From Eledone cirrhosa (Eukaryota), in contig OZ024743.1 in assembly GCA_964016885.1 (NCBI GenBank), positions 221,278,001-221,342,000 of the forward strand: a stretch of 64,000 nucleotides of DNA. Direction: 5' to 3'. Shown here piece by piece: positions 15,499 through 27,249 of the stretch. How positions within the stretch are numbered: position 1 is the first letter of the stretch; every line of letters starts with the position of its first letter. Position numbers and translations under genes: made by a program. The notes under the pieces were generated by a model. The model saw only the letters and a list, made by a program, of their open reading frames with translations. It was not told the DNA's origin and ran no database searches.

Positions 15499-15914
15499 TA
15501 TGTATATATATAGAGAGAGGGAGAGAGAGAGAGAGGGAGAGAGAGAGAGCGAGAGAGAGAGCGAGAGAGAGAGAGAATAATACACATACGAATACACACA
15601 TACACACACGCATTCACACACACACACACACACACGCAAACAAAATACAAACATACGCCAGAATGAATTTCCCACGTGTGTGCGCGCGTGAGCAACAAGA
15701 TATTTAATGATAATTTCCCTTTAATCTGCTGGCTTATAGAGATACAAGTCAATTCCATCCAGAGGGATGTTTCTCTGATATTTCATAGCAAATAAAATAA
15801 TACGGGAAGTTTAAAATCTCTATCGAAGCCTTTCTATCTGTTGACAGGAAAAATACACGAGCAATCATCCTTCTCAAATCTCCATGTGTGTGCGTGAGTG
15901 TGTGGATGTGTGTC

Positions 15915-16220
15915 AGACTCCATCGGTTCTCACGATGAGTGTTCCAATCGCTCGGACAACAGAACAGCCTTCTTCAGAACATTATCACACATAAGTGCAT
16001 CCATAACTTAGCCCTTTGTCAGATTCAGAGTGACACTTTGTGTGTCCAGTCTGTCTCTTTAAATTACAGTATAGGAACCACTAAGTTTTGACAACCACTT
16101 GGTCAGGAGCAACGTGAAATATTGGGTCTTTACTGAAGGACACGATGAACCGTTGTGAATCGAAGTCTTAGCTTTATTATCATAAGCTGAACGCTAAAAC
16201 AACTAAGCTATGTGTCTTCA
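15915..16220 (-). mobile_element. Diverged S2 SINE
   Basis: ACTCCATCGGTTCTCACGATGAGTGTTCCAATCG is the reverse complement of the S2 3' end seen at 41370-41406. Confidence 0.55.
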
Positions 16221-16274
16221 TAAATCCCCAGTAGCAATGAAACAAACAGTAAAAGTTTTAAGTTAACTGCAGAC

Positions 16275-16476
16275 TACGAGGGTTGGCTAAAATATTGATA
16301 GGCTGAGTATGAAGGAGTGATGCTAGAGCTGTGAAATCTTGCATGCATTAATTTAAACTCTTCTGATTAATAACTGTATTTGTTCTTTCCATAGACTAAG
16401 TTGAAAAATGCCCCTTATTTGGTCATTCCATGTGAGTATCTTGGTAGGTCTATGAGCTTCTCAGTCGACGTTTGTA
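16275..16476 (+). mobile_element. Mariner-type MITE, copy 2
   Basis: TACGAGGGTTGGCTAAAA ... GATGCTAGAGCTGTGAAATCTTGCATGCATTAATTT ... TCAGTCGACGTTTGTA; colinear with 13627-13828. Confidence 0.75.
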
Positions 16477-16714
16477 ATAAAAGATTGCTGGATTTATATG
16501 CCGCCTTCGATCATGGCTGAGCATGAGTTTGCTCGTTGCCCAAGGGAAAGACAAAATTCCGTACACCTTGTCGACAGGTTCTGTCACTCATATATATATA
16601 TATATATATGATGTAGTCCAAGTAAATGCATATATAATTTGGCAGCAATGACGTAACTCATTTTTAACAGCTGAATAGCCAATAGTATCAAATATTTATC
16701 AATATTATGGTGAT

Positions 16715-16860
16715 ATTTGAGTCGTTAGTATGTCGGATAGAAGCTTTGCGGTATTCGTTTCGTCCCTCTGCTTTCTGGCTTCAAATTTCGCCGGGGTCAA
16801 CTTTATCTTTTATCTATTCTAGGTCGATAAAAAGTGTCACCATTCTAGTAATGGGGTCGC
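16715..16860 (+). mobile_element. Diverged S1 SINE
   Basis: GCTTCAAATTTCGCCGGGGTCAACTTTATCTTTTATCTATTCTAGGTCGATAAAA core match. Confidence 0.6.
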
Positions 16861-17091
16861 TTCTTCCTTCTATAAATCTCTATCTTTCACTGGGAGAAAT
16901 CTGCTGCATTCAGACCTGGGGAGAAAGGCTCTGACAGGTATAGAAATAAATGTCTGAGAAAGGTCGTATGTCAATACGAGTCACCAGGAGTTACGGGACC
17001 ATACATACATCAATAATTTATCAATATTTTTGGAATGACCCTGTCAATTGTTCAAACTGCAGCAAAATCTTTGTCAAATTTCGCCCTGCTG

Positions 17092-17637
17092 TCTTAAACT
17101 TATCGAAATCAAACAATCTGAAAGCGACCCTGTTTTTACAACATAAATTGTTTGCTTTAAAGTATATATAATTATTTGAACTCTTCCATTTATGTAACGA
17201 CTTTGTTGTTCCAAAAACCAGCTTAATAAGTTGTGTTCCAAACACGAACTTAAAAGTTAGTAATTTTACTAAATAACTTTTAATTTGATATTCTTTTCAA
17301 AATTAATTGAAAAATGTAGTTTAAGTCTTTCATTAGAAATATGGTGATGAAAGATTACAAAGAACTGGCATATTCTATGACGAACGTAATCTTAGACGCA
17401 CCATGTCTGATGAGAGGCACTGGCTATGGTTTTTAATTAATTTTGGAAATAATTATGTATTTTGGCAGGGATTGAGAAAAATAACTAACTTTCTCATTAT
17501 ATACCTCACGTTTGGAACATACGTTAACGAAGGCTCTTATGCAATATTTTAATTAAAAGCTTTTAGAAAAATATAAACATTTTGAGATAAGCAGGTTGTC
17601 TCACAGAACCACCAGAGTCGGTATTCAAACGCGTTAA
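17092..17637. mobile_element. Two diverged head-to-head copies of a ~260-bp AT-rich MITE-like family with TTAA-like ends
   Basis: 17290-17358 is the diverged reverse complement of 17385-17450; the family recurs at ~60255-60532; outer ends are TTAA. piggyBac-like assignment is inferred. Confidence 0.5.
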
Positions 17638-18428
17638 ACTATTCTCAGACTTCATTTAGATGAGAGATGAAATAGGGACAAACAACAGGTAATTTCTAAT
17701 GCATTTTGGTTCGCAGACGACATAATAATCGTGTCAAGATGACATAGGCAATATGATCCGACCGCACCTCTATAGTATATATTTCCACTGATATTCACTT
17801 GTTTATACTGGGGCCGATAATATTGTTAGAACACAATGCAGCCTTGAAGAGATGATTTCAACAAGATTAGGCGGTGAACAATGAACTATTTAAGAGCTTA
17901 TCTTCGACTTTTGTTTTTCTTACATTGTTCAACACACACACACACATACACAAACACATATATATATATGTATACATATTTGTGTGTATGTGTGTGTGAG
18001 GGGTAAGGAATACGTGTGAGGTCAGGAACCATGGGCGGCGTTATCTAATATTTTCCATCAACAAGGCTTATAAGCCTTGTTAGATTATATTTCATCATCA
18101 AAAAGTTATGTTGAAGTTGCTAAATTTAATTTTGCATGAATTCAAAATTCGTAACGCGAATACATGTATGCAATGCAAGAATGTAACTATGTATGTATGT
18201 TCTTCTGGTTTTATAATTTCACAAAGTGTTACCAATAGAGAGAGCGTCGGTTTCTAACATAGACACAACACTCTCTCATTGGAATTTACACAACATCAAC
18301 TAGGTATATATGTATGTATGCATGCATGTGTAGATATGGATGCTATTGTATGTGTGGATGTGTAAGTTTTGAGTTGTATTGTGTGCATGTGTATATGCTT
18401 TGTATCTGTACATGTGTATATGCAGTTA

Positions 18429-18747
18429 TTAGATGCAACATTTTTGGAATGTTTTACATATTTTTACTGTTCCATTAATGGATTGTACTTGTAGTTTCCT
18501 AACTAGTTGTGCTCTCTCTGTACCTGTGAAGCCTAGCTTCTCAAGATTTGTATTGAGGCAGTTACTAACATACCCCAGTGCCCCAACAATCACAGGCATA
18601 AATCTGAAGGTGTAATCAGGGTGGAGTATCTGCAGATTTTTCATCAGTTCTGCATAAATATTCTCCTTTTCACTAATCTTTGATATTATATTGGCATCCG
18701 CTGGGCAGCTAATTTCCACTACTGTGCATGTTTTCTTCTCCCTGTCC

Positions 18748-18750
<3 letters not shown>
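18429..18750 (-). pseudogene. C-terminal restriction-like endonuclease (RLE) fragment of an R2/R4-type non-LTR retrotransposon
   Basis: DREKKTCTVVEISCPADANIISKISEKENIYAEL...FMPVIVGALG...GTVKICKTF matches the RLE pattern (E-x-S-C-P...K..Y...PVIVGALG); 5' side cut by (TATG)n. Confidence 0.85.
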
Positions 18751-18778
<28 letters not shown>

Positions 18779-18809
18779 TGTATGTATGTATGTATGTATG
18801 TATGTATGT

Positions 18810-19416
18810 CAGGTCACCAGTTGGTGTTACTGGTAACATGTATCCCAGTACAACCTGTCTCATGGTCGGGTCGTTGGCGACTAAACTGGCAACCCCACCA
18901 AGGTTTCTTGGTGAGGAGGGTGACTTTGGACATACGGCAGGACTAAAAACAAAACCTGTCAAAGGGCAAAGGAGCTCTTAAGAGTCAATGGCCATCCAAA
19001 ATCACCGGGAGAGATGACCCCTTAGCCTTTGTCAAGGCAGAATTCTAGGAGAAGGAAAACTCTGATATAACACCTGCAACCCTAATGGCATCCAATGATG
19101 TTGACTTGTTCTTCTTTTTGGTAAATATCATCTTGGTTAAGAGAGTGGGACTGGCTTTGTGCAGTGCCTTTGCTCACTATAAAAGCTTCACGGCACAGGC
19201 ATTGCTTTATATCTGGAGATCTCGCTGCACTTGTCATCACATGGTACCATGGGCCCAGCACTATATGTCAATAATTGTCACAGGTGTAGTGTTTGTACCA
19301 GAGTTTTCAAGTCGCTGGCTGGACTAAAAAGTCACACTCGTTCAGCGCATCGGTAGGAGTTCTCCTACATGGATATAAAGTAGTGGCCGTACTCGAAAAC
19401 GAGTTGGCAGCCACCA
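18810..19416 (+). mobile_element. Non-autonomous RTE-derived element (5' UTR plus short 3' tail) bracketed by (ATGT)n
   Basis: Contains CTAGGAGAAGGAAAACTCTGA, which I recognise as typical of RTE 5' UTRs; no ORF; (ATGT)n tracts on both sides. Confidence 0.55.
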
Positions 19417-19494
19417 TGCATGTATGTATGTATGTATGTATGTATGTATGTATGTATGTATGTATGTATGTATGTATGTATGTTTGTATGTGTA

Positions 19495-19728
19495 TCTACT
19501 TATGAGATTGCAAGCAACCGCTTGGTATATACGATGGCCGGCCGGCGATGGGGGGTTCCGCGCTGGCACAACCGATGCCTAACACAGCTACATTCCTGGA
19601 GTGTTCGGAAAATCTAATTTCTATTTCTTTCACTAGACGATATTACTCGAACAGCTGGCGGGTGGATTGCGCGGGACCCCTAGATGTTGCTGGTTATTGA
19701 CCGCTAGCACGGGCATATTTTTACTATG
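19495..19728 (+). mobile_element. Probable non-autonomous mini-Helitron with a long internal hairpin
   Basis: Starts A|TCTACT; ends with degenerate subterminal hairpin CCGCTAGCACGGG, ~10 nt, then CTAT(G)|T (CTAG-like); GC-rich in an AT-rich context. Confidence 0.5.
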
Positions 19729-20225
19729 TATACAACCCTGACAATTTATCGTGACTATATATGTCACACCTAAAGTTCTTCATAAAAGCCTGCTTATATT
19801 AATTGTCATCTTCTGTCTATATTAATTACACACATTCTATAGTTCTCACTCTCTCTGTTTTTCATTCTCCTACAATCTCTCTCTCTGTTTCACTCTCTCT
19901 GTCACTTTCTATTTCTCTTTCATTCACACACACACTCTCTCTCCCTTTTTAATCTTTATGTCTGTTTGTCCTTGAAAAAACATATTTCTCGGCAATATCG
20001 AGCATGCCTGAACAACCTGATTGACGCGTGACCTCAGCGCTGGCACTTCCATCTAACGGAATGGTGGTAGTACATTAAAGGCTTACGCCCCTACACCATA
20101 AGGTAGTATCTTAACCCAAATATCAGCACTCGAGGGCGGTCGACGTAAATACAAGTCGGTAAAATACCGGCCACCCTCTTGTCTCTGATTTAAACACCAA
20201 AGATTTGTATCTGAATATTCCTTCG

Positions 20226-20298
20226 TTATATTGAATTAGTTGATGATGTCACTGGATTCATACTGAACCCGGTCATTGAAATGATCATATTAAAATAA
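20226..20298 (+). ncRNA. Degenerate minimal type-I hammerhead (C3 to U)
   Basis: TTAG-TTGATGA-stem II ACTGGATTCA/TGAACCCGGT-GAAA-TGATCA-TA-TTAA; palindromic stem III ATGATCAT; ~190-nt pLTR-like tail runs into (TA)n. Confidence 0.65.
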
Positions 20299-20510
20299 AC
20301 CTTTCAAGGATTTACACCAGAACAGGCCTCCTGTTATTATGTAATAATCAACTCCGTACTCGCACCACCAACTACACAAACGAAGACGGGTGGTTGCATT
20401 ACGTTGAGTTCTTTCCATAACATTACATCGTGGTTGACTACACAGAATGACCAGTTCTATCCAGTGGTGAACCAACAAACCCAAATAAATAAATATATAT
20501 ATATATATAA

Positions 20511-20613
<103 letters not shown>

Positions 20614-21323
20614 AGAGAGGGAGAGAGAGAGTGACAAGAAGAAGGCAGATTTTTATGTATATATACATACACACTAATATTTATATACACACAGATATAT
20701 GTGGATGTATTTGCTCCTGTATGTATCAACATATCTATGCATATACATCAACGTTGTATGCATATGTACCTGCGAAACAAGTTATCTAGAACCATCAGAA
20801 TGATGTATGGGGGCAAGAACGTAGAATGGGTTTCCGTCGTACAAGTATTGCATTTATTTACTTTTATACCATATGATGCGTCGATATAGAAAAATAATCG
20901 ATGACAATTGCAGGCAGAAATCAAACCGATCATTCGGCTGAGATAATAGCCGTATCAATATATTCTATTCAAGCTCTGGCTTTTTTCACACATGAAAGAT
21001 TCTGGTGAAAAAAAATGTGCTGTAATGTAAGGAAGGGAACGGCTCTGGAAGCTCTTTCTTTTAACGAGCTCCGCTGAAAATCGCTTCGAGATGGAGTGGG
21101 CTGAGTAGGGATGGGGTCTGTTGGGGTGGAGTTGATTCAATGGTAGTGTAGTGAAAGGTAGATGGATGGTGGGATGGTAGGAAATTGATATTATTGCTTA
21201 CTTCTAAAGATATGTATCCTTCTTGCTACACACACACATATATATATATGTGTGTGCGTGTGTGTGTGTGTATATATATATTTATATATATATATATACT
21301 GTATATATATATATATATATACA

Positions 21324-21370
<47 letters not shown>

Positions 21371-21875
21371 TAAATATATATACACACACACACACACATA
21401 TTTGTGTGTGTGTATTTGTGTGTATATATATATATATTTGTGTGTGTGTATTTGTATATATATATGTATAATATCTAATGCTATACATTCAATCATTCAC
21501 ACTTACGTTTGTTTACTTATATAAACAACGAATGTGAGGATAAAGGAATGACGGAATCAAGGAACTACTGTATAGTGGTAGATATTTTTTATATGGCGAC
21601 GAGGATGGTGATCTTTGCCAATAAGCAGCATGCTTATGTGTCTCTCCTTCTTTCCTCCACCTCACCACTCGCTATATATATATATATTTCTATATCTCTA
21701 TCTCTTTCTCTCTATATATATAGGGAGAGAGGAGAGAGAGGAGAGAGAGGGAGAGAGAGAGAGTAAGAGAGGGACAGAGAGGAGCTGACATGAAGATAGA
21801 TTTACAAACATAAATATATATAGATGTATATAGATATATAGAAATGTATATACATATACGTATATATCCAAGGTC

Positions 21876-21918
<43 letters not shown>

Positions 21919-22056
21919 CGTGTGTGTAAATATACACATTTACATGCCATTATTTAAATGAGAAATACACATTCCTACATTCTGCTGTCATAATTCACAC
22001 TCACACGCATACAAAAAGCCCACGCAACCACACACCACACACACACACACACACAT

Positions 22057-22105
<49 letters not shown>

Positions 22106-22144
22106 AATATATATACATCTATATGTGTGGGGGGAGGGGTAAGG

Positions 22145-22175
<31 letters not shown>

Positions 22176-22804
22176 TAGATGATTGATATAAATATATTAA
22201 TATATTAATATGCATGTGCATGTTTCTGGATGTGTGAGCGTGTATGTAAGTGTTTGTATACCACAGCTACCCCCCTCCCACCTCTTTTATGTTATATTAA
22301 TTTTATATTATATCAATTTCAAATATGGAAACGTTTTATTTATTTATCTATTTATATGTATTCTTTTTTTATCTCTTTTTATGATTTGTATTATTATTTT
22401 TTTTTTTTTTCTGCAATTTCACCATTAGTCAACAAATATGATTTTTTGTTAGTTTTTTTTTTTTTTTTGAAACGTATTCTGCTTCTTTCTTGTGCAAACT
22501 AGCAATTACGAAATAAAGATATCTTCTTTTCTTTTTAAAAAAAAGGTGCAAGAACACATCTTATCTTCAATCCCATTTATACATTTCCTATTGAAAGAAA
22601 GAAAGTCCTGGCAATTCAGCATATACCATTAAATTGCTATTGCCTTTTATTGGAACGTAAAACATCAATATCGTTGAAGAACGGCCGCGTATTATTCATT
22701 CCAACATATACACCATTCGTTATTTATGAATATCCTAAAGACATAGAATATCCTAGAGATACACAGAACATTCTCTCGCTAATATATATCTTCGTTTCCT
22801 CTTT

Positions 22805-23320
22805 TACTCTTTTACCTGTTCCAGCCATCCGGCTGAGGCCATGCAGGGGCACCACCCTTGTTGCTACACATTCTATCTCCAGCTTGTGTTGGGTGGCCAT
22901 TAGTGTAAGAAGGAGTTCGTTGCTGTTGCCCTACATTACCTTCGTACCGTGCTGTGGGCTCATCCGGGATCCTGGATAGCAGGGTTTCGAGATGTTTCTT
23001 GAAAACATCCACGTCCACACCATGCAGATCTCTCAAACTTCTTGGCAGCTTGTTGAAGAGTTGAGGCCCTTTTGAACCCCAGGCTATTGTAATATCTGCC
23101 CCTTCTTCTATATGTAGAAGAGGGGATCTTTGGTACCACAGAGTGACGTCCTGTTTGAAGGTGTTCTAGCTCTCAATGATAAAGTTTGGTGCTAGCCCCT
23201 CCAGGATTTTCCATATGTATATCACTGCATATCTCCCCCGTATTCGTTCCAAGAAATAGAGTTTCAGTTCTTTTAGCCTGTCCAAGTAGCTCATCTCCTT
23301 CATCGTGGCAATCCAGCTGG
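22805..23320 (-). pseudogene. 3' fragment of a CR1/L2-group LINE ORF2 plus 3' UTR
   Basis: MSYLDRLKELKLYFLERIRGRYAVIYIWKILEGLAPN ... GPQLFNKLPRSLRDLHGVDVDVFKKHLETLLSRIPDEP, a typical post-RT C-terminus. Confidence 0.85.
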
Positions 23321-23328
23321 TGTATACG

Positions 23329-23418
<90 letters not shown>

Positions 23419-23680
23419 TATATATATATATATATATACACACACTTAAATATGACCGTTATTACTCCAATCTGTCCACAAAAAATCACACAGCAAACAC
23501 TCTAAACCAAACGCCAACCTCCAATCACGATTCCTGCTAAGTCAACCCGTGGCCCAGCTTCACATACTCCGCAAAGCGAACCCAGACCGTAACAGCCACC
23601 AACGGAGGAAAACAGACTTTATCGTGCTACAGCTGTGATAATACATAGATTCTATATAATAAATTTAATAACATATATAC

Positions 23681-23715
<35 letters not shown>

Positions 23716-23839
23716 ATATATAGAATATATAGAATATAAAATAGTTGGTAATGGTAACAGACAATTCCACTAGAAAATGTTTCCACGAATAAGCACTTCA
23801 ACATGGTGTTCCAGCTCTCAGTGATACATATATATATAT

Positions 23840-23925
<86 letters not shown>

Positions 23926-23928
23926 TAT

Positions 23929-23988
<60 letters not shown>

Positions 23989-23998
23989 ATACATATAT

Positions 23999-24041
<43 letters not shown>

Positions 24042-24049
<8 letters not shown>

Positions 24050-24080
24050 ATACTTTGGGAGGGTCATGTTGCCAATAATA
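24042..24080. mobile_element. Tiny terminal remnant of the large PLE family inside (TA)n
   Basis: TATTGTTATACTTTGGGAGGGTCATGTTGCCA matches 54983-55025 and 37450-37476. Confidence 0.7.
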
Positions 24081-24096
24081 TATATATATATATATA

Positions 24097-24262
24097 GTAA
24101 TAATAATAAATTTAAAGACTAAAATCCAAAGAGGGCTCGATAAGGACAAATATATATCTAGGAACCGTAGAGCAAATATTTATTAAAATAACGGATTAAA
24201 GATCCCGTTAAGGGTGAAAGCAGCGATTCTTTGCTTAAACTTTAATCTGTTATTTAATAAAT
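24097..24262 (-). mobile_element. Fold-back family D element in (TA)n
   Basis: Inverted arms TATTTATTAAAATAACGGATTAAAG / CTTTAATCTGTTATTTAATAAATA; homologous to 45779-45967 (opposite orientation) and 26639-26762. Confidence 0.8.
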
Positions 24263-24317
24263 ATATATATATATATATATTATTCAAAATATTAATAAAT
24301 GAAAAATATTCTCATAA

Positions 24318-24400
24318 TCAAAATTTATATTTTATTATACATATTTCAAAGGTACAATGGTGTTTAAGTACGTTTTCATCAGATAAAATATAAGATTTGA
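24318..24400 (-). ncRNA. Minimal type-I hammerhead ribozyme, intact core
   Basis: Minus strand: TATTTTAT-CTGATGA-AAACGTAC(loop 12)GTACCTTT-GAAA-TATGTA-TA|ATAAAATA; stem I extends to ~18 bp; predicted cleavage between 24336 and 24335. Confidence 0.85.
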
Positions 24401-24815
24401 TATGTGGCATACCGCTGCGGTTTTGATTATTCAATTCCAGTATTGGCAGTGATTTATTTCACCAACTCTTATATATATAGTTAAACGAAGATTTCCATCA
24501 AATTAACAGCATATATTTTCGACATATGTTTTGATTATTGCAGATAAAAATACAATTGATTCACAATTAACATTAAAAATTAACATTACAAACAATTTCA
24601 TTATTAATATAAACACAGTGATGACATCAAATTATCTGCACTGTCTCTTCAGGAAGAAGCCGTAAAGACATGTTTACAGAAAAAGAAAAGCAAACAATTT
24701 TGAGGAGTTATATCAATAATTTACAAATATAAGTTTAACAATTCCGTGTAAGCATGTAGCTGTATGAATAACCTAACTCGGACTTTGCTGATGTTATACA
24801 AGCATACGTTTAGAT

Positions 24816-24993
24816 CAGTGGTTCTCAACATGTTTTTGCCAACGGCACACCTTGGAACATATAAAAAAATAGCGGCACACTTGGCAAAATAAATATGAAA
24901 AATATTTGAATTTTACAAAATAAAAACATGGCGAAAATAAAATTTTGCAGCACACTTAGGAAGATCTCGCGGCACACTGGTTGAGAATCACTG
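24816..24993. mobile_element. hAT (Charlie-type) MITE with 8-bp TSD
   Basis: TIRs CAGTGGTTCTCAAC / GTTGAGAATCACTG; TSD GTTTAGAT at 24808-24815 and 24994-25001. Confidence 0.92.
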
Positions 24994-25164
24994 GTTTAGA
25001 TAAATAGCATCGGAAACGCACATCGTCATTTAACAGTTAAAAAGATATCCTTCACAATATAGACACACAAATGTAAGAGTTCGCAACAATTATTTAAGAC
25101 AAGCGATATATATGTATAAACACAATATATCAAGTGCGGGAAATAATATAAACACAATAATAAT

Positions 25165-25504
25165 GGTTTCTTATATAGGCACAATGCCATCAATTTTGGG
25201 GGAGGTGAAAGTCGATTAAATCGAGCCCAATGCGTGACTGGTACTTTATTTTATCGACCCTGTAAAGGTGAAAGGCAAAGTTAACCTTGGCGGGATTTGA
25301 ACTCTATAAACAATAATTATTTCTACTTTTGGCCCAAGGCCAGCATTATATCAGTACATTACTGGTACTTTATTTTATCGAGCCCGTAAGGATGAAAGGC
25401 AAAGTTAACCTAGGCGGAATTTGAGCTCAGACCATAAATGGACGTAACTTTTTGCTGCAAAGCATGGCGTCCGACTCTCTACCGATACTGCCAATCCACC
25501 GCCC
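25165..25504 (-). mobile_element. Tandem pair of S1 SINEs (long variant truncated, short variant full) within one 18-bp direct repeat
   Basis: A-box TGGCAGTATCGG, B-box and core on minus strand; TATAAACACAATAATAAT at 25147-25164 and 25505-25522. Confidence 0.85.
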
Positions 25505-25758
25505 TATAAACACAATAATAATAGAAGCAAAGCATTCAATTCACAGGTGCATAGATTAATATTTCCGAAGTATATCAATGTTTGTAAACTACTCATATAC
25601 ACCTTGATAGATTTCATTATTGTAAAAGATTTATGTGGTAAACCATACATGTATAGATAAACGTTTCCACTGATGTAAGTGTGCATACTTATGGACATAT
25701 ATATGTTTACCTAAAAACAGAAAGGTACGATAGATAGACAGACGACAGTAACATAATT

Positions 25759-25797
<39 letters not shown>

Positions 25798-25931
25798 ATA
25801 TATATATGTATATATATATCAAGACTATTCCTGCTGACAACATCAAAAATATTCCTAACAAGCTCAAATGTCCCAAGGCTCTGATACCATCAACACTATA
25901 CACACAGAGCTGGCATATCTAAGAGCTGACT

Positions 25932-25990
25932 AACTGCCTGATGAGGTCATAGCCATTCAATGGCTATCATTGAAATATATATAGCAGTAA
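25932..25990 (+). ncRNA. Minimal type-I hammerhead ribozyme, intact core
   Basis: ACTGC-CTGATGA-GGTCATAGCCA(TTCAA)TGGCTATCATT-GAAA-TATATA-TA|GCAGT; palindromic (AT)n stem III. Confidence 0.85.
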
Positions 25991-26113
25991 ATAAAGGATT
26001 ATCAGCTCATGCAATTGACTTATGTTTCGTCACTATATATATGTATATATATATATATATATGTATCACTCTCTAAGTATATTTATATATATATTTATAT
26101 ACATATGTATGTA

Positions 26114-26145
<32 letters not shown>

Positions 26146-26147
<2 letters not shown>

Positions 26148-26290
26148 ACGAAGGAGTTGTGGTAAGGAACCAGATGGACCATAACACACCAGAGTACTCA
26201 AAACTTAGGGTAGTAGAGTGGGTAATAGGAAAAAGTATGACCCCGATATGCATATTAACGGCTTAGCAGCCTAATTTGCATATCGAGTGA
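26146..26290 (-). mobile_element. Family A element, variant with a different hairpin
   Basis: AACGAAGGAGTTGTGGTAAGGAACCAGATGGACCATAACACACCAGAGTACTCAAAACTTAGGGTAGTAGAGTGGGTAATAGG abuts (TA)n; hairpin CGATATGCATATTA/TAATTTGCATATCG. Confidence 0.75.
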
Positions 26291-26573
26291 GTTAAATCGG
26301 CCGGGCGCACCGAAATCGATAAACGTAAAAAATGAAACGAATTTCATTTCTCACTCTTAGTACCGCTGTTACTTAAATAAGTATGTATATGTACATACAT
26401 ATATGTATACAGACGTACAGTAGTATGTATGTATATACATACATGCACACATATATATATATGCATGTATGTATAAATATATATACATTCATATATACAT
26501 ACATATATGCATGTATGAATATATATACATACTACTGTACGTCTGTATACATATATGTATGTAAGTATACATA

Positions 26574-26638
<65 letters not shown>

Positions 26639-26643
<5 letters not shown>

Positions 26644-26762
26644 TAATACAGATTAAAGTTTAAGCAACGAGTTTCAGAAAATCCCAGAAGCGGGTGAAAG
26701 CAGCGATTCTTTGCTTAAACTTTAATCTGTACTAATAATATATATTTGCTCTACGGGTCATA
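26639..26762 (+). mobile_element. Fold-back family D element with hammerhead-like centre
   Basis: Arms TATTAGTAATACAGATTAAAGTTTAAGCAA / TTGCTTAAACTTTAATCTGTACTAATA around CAGAAAA-TCCC..GGGT-GAAAGC. Confidence 0.75.
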
Positions 26763-26783
26763 TACATACATACATACATACAC

Positions 26784-26927
<144 letters not shown>

Positions 26928-27249
26928 ATAGAGATATGTTTCAATGCCTAGTGTACAGCAGATCCAATTAGTAACATAATTAATATTTCAGGGTGGATTG
27001 ATTACACTAGGGATAAGTGTATCTTCATAAATTACTTACTCCATAAGATATTACATGATTTACTAATAGATCAGATAAGAGAATTGAATGATACTTATTT
27101 TGAAAACTACAAGTATGATTAAATTCAATTATGCTTACTCATACGTATTTTGAAAAGAAACATGCATAAACATAATCATGTATCCACCCAATATTATCTA
27201 AAAGTATTTATATACCTGCACTGAAGAATATACATATATGAAATACACT

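Noticed and set aside
17405-17430. CTGATGA motif
   Set aside because: It is part of the AT-rich MITE, with no stem II or GAAA.
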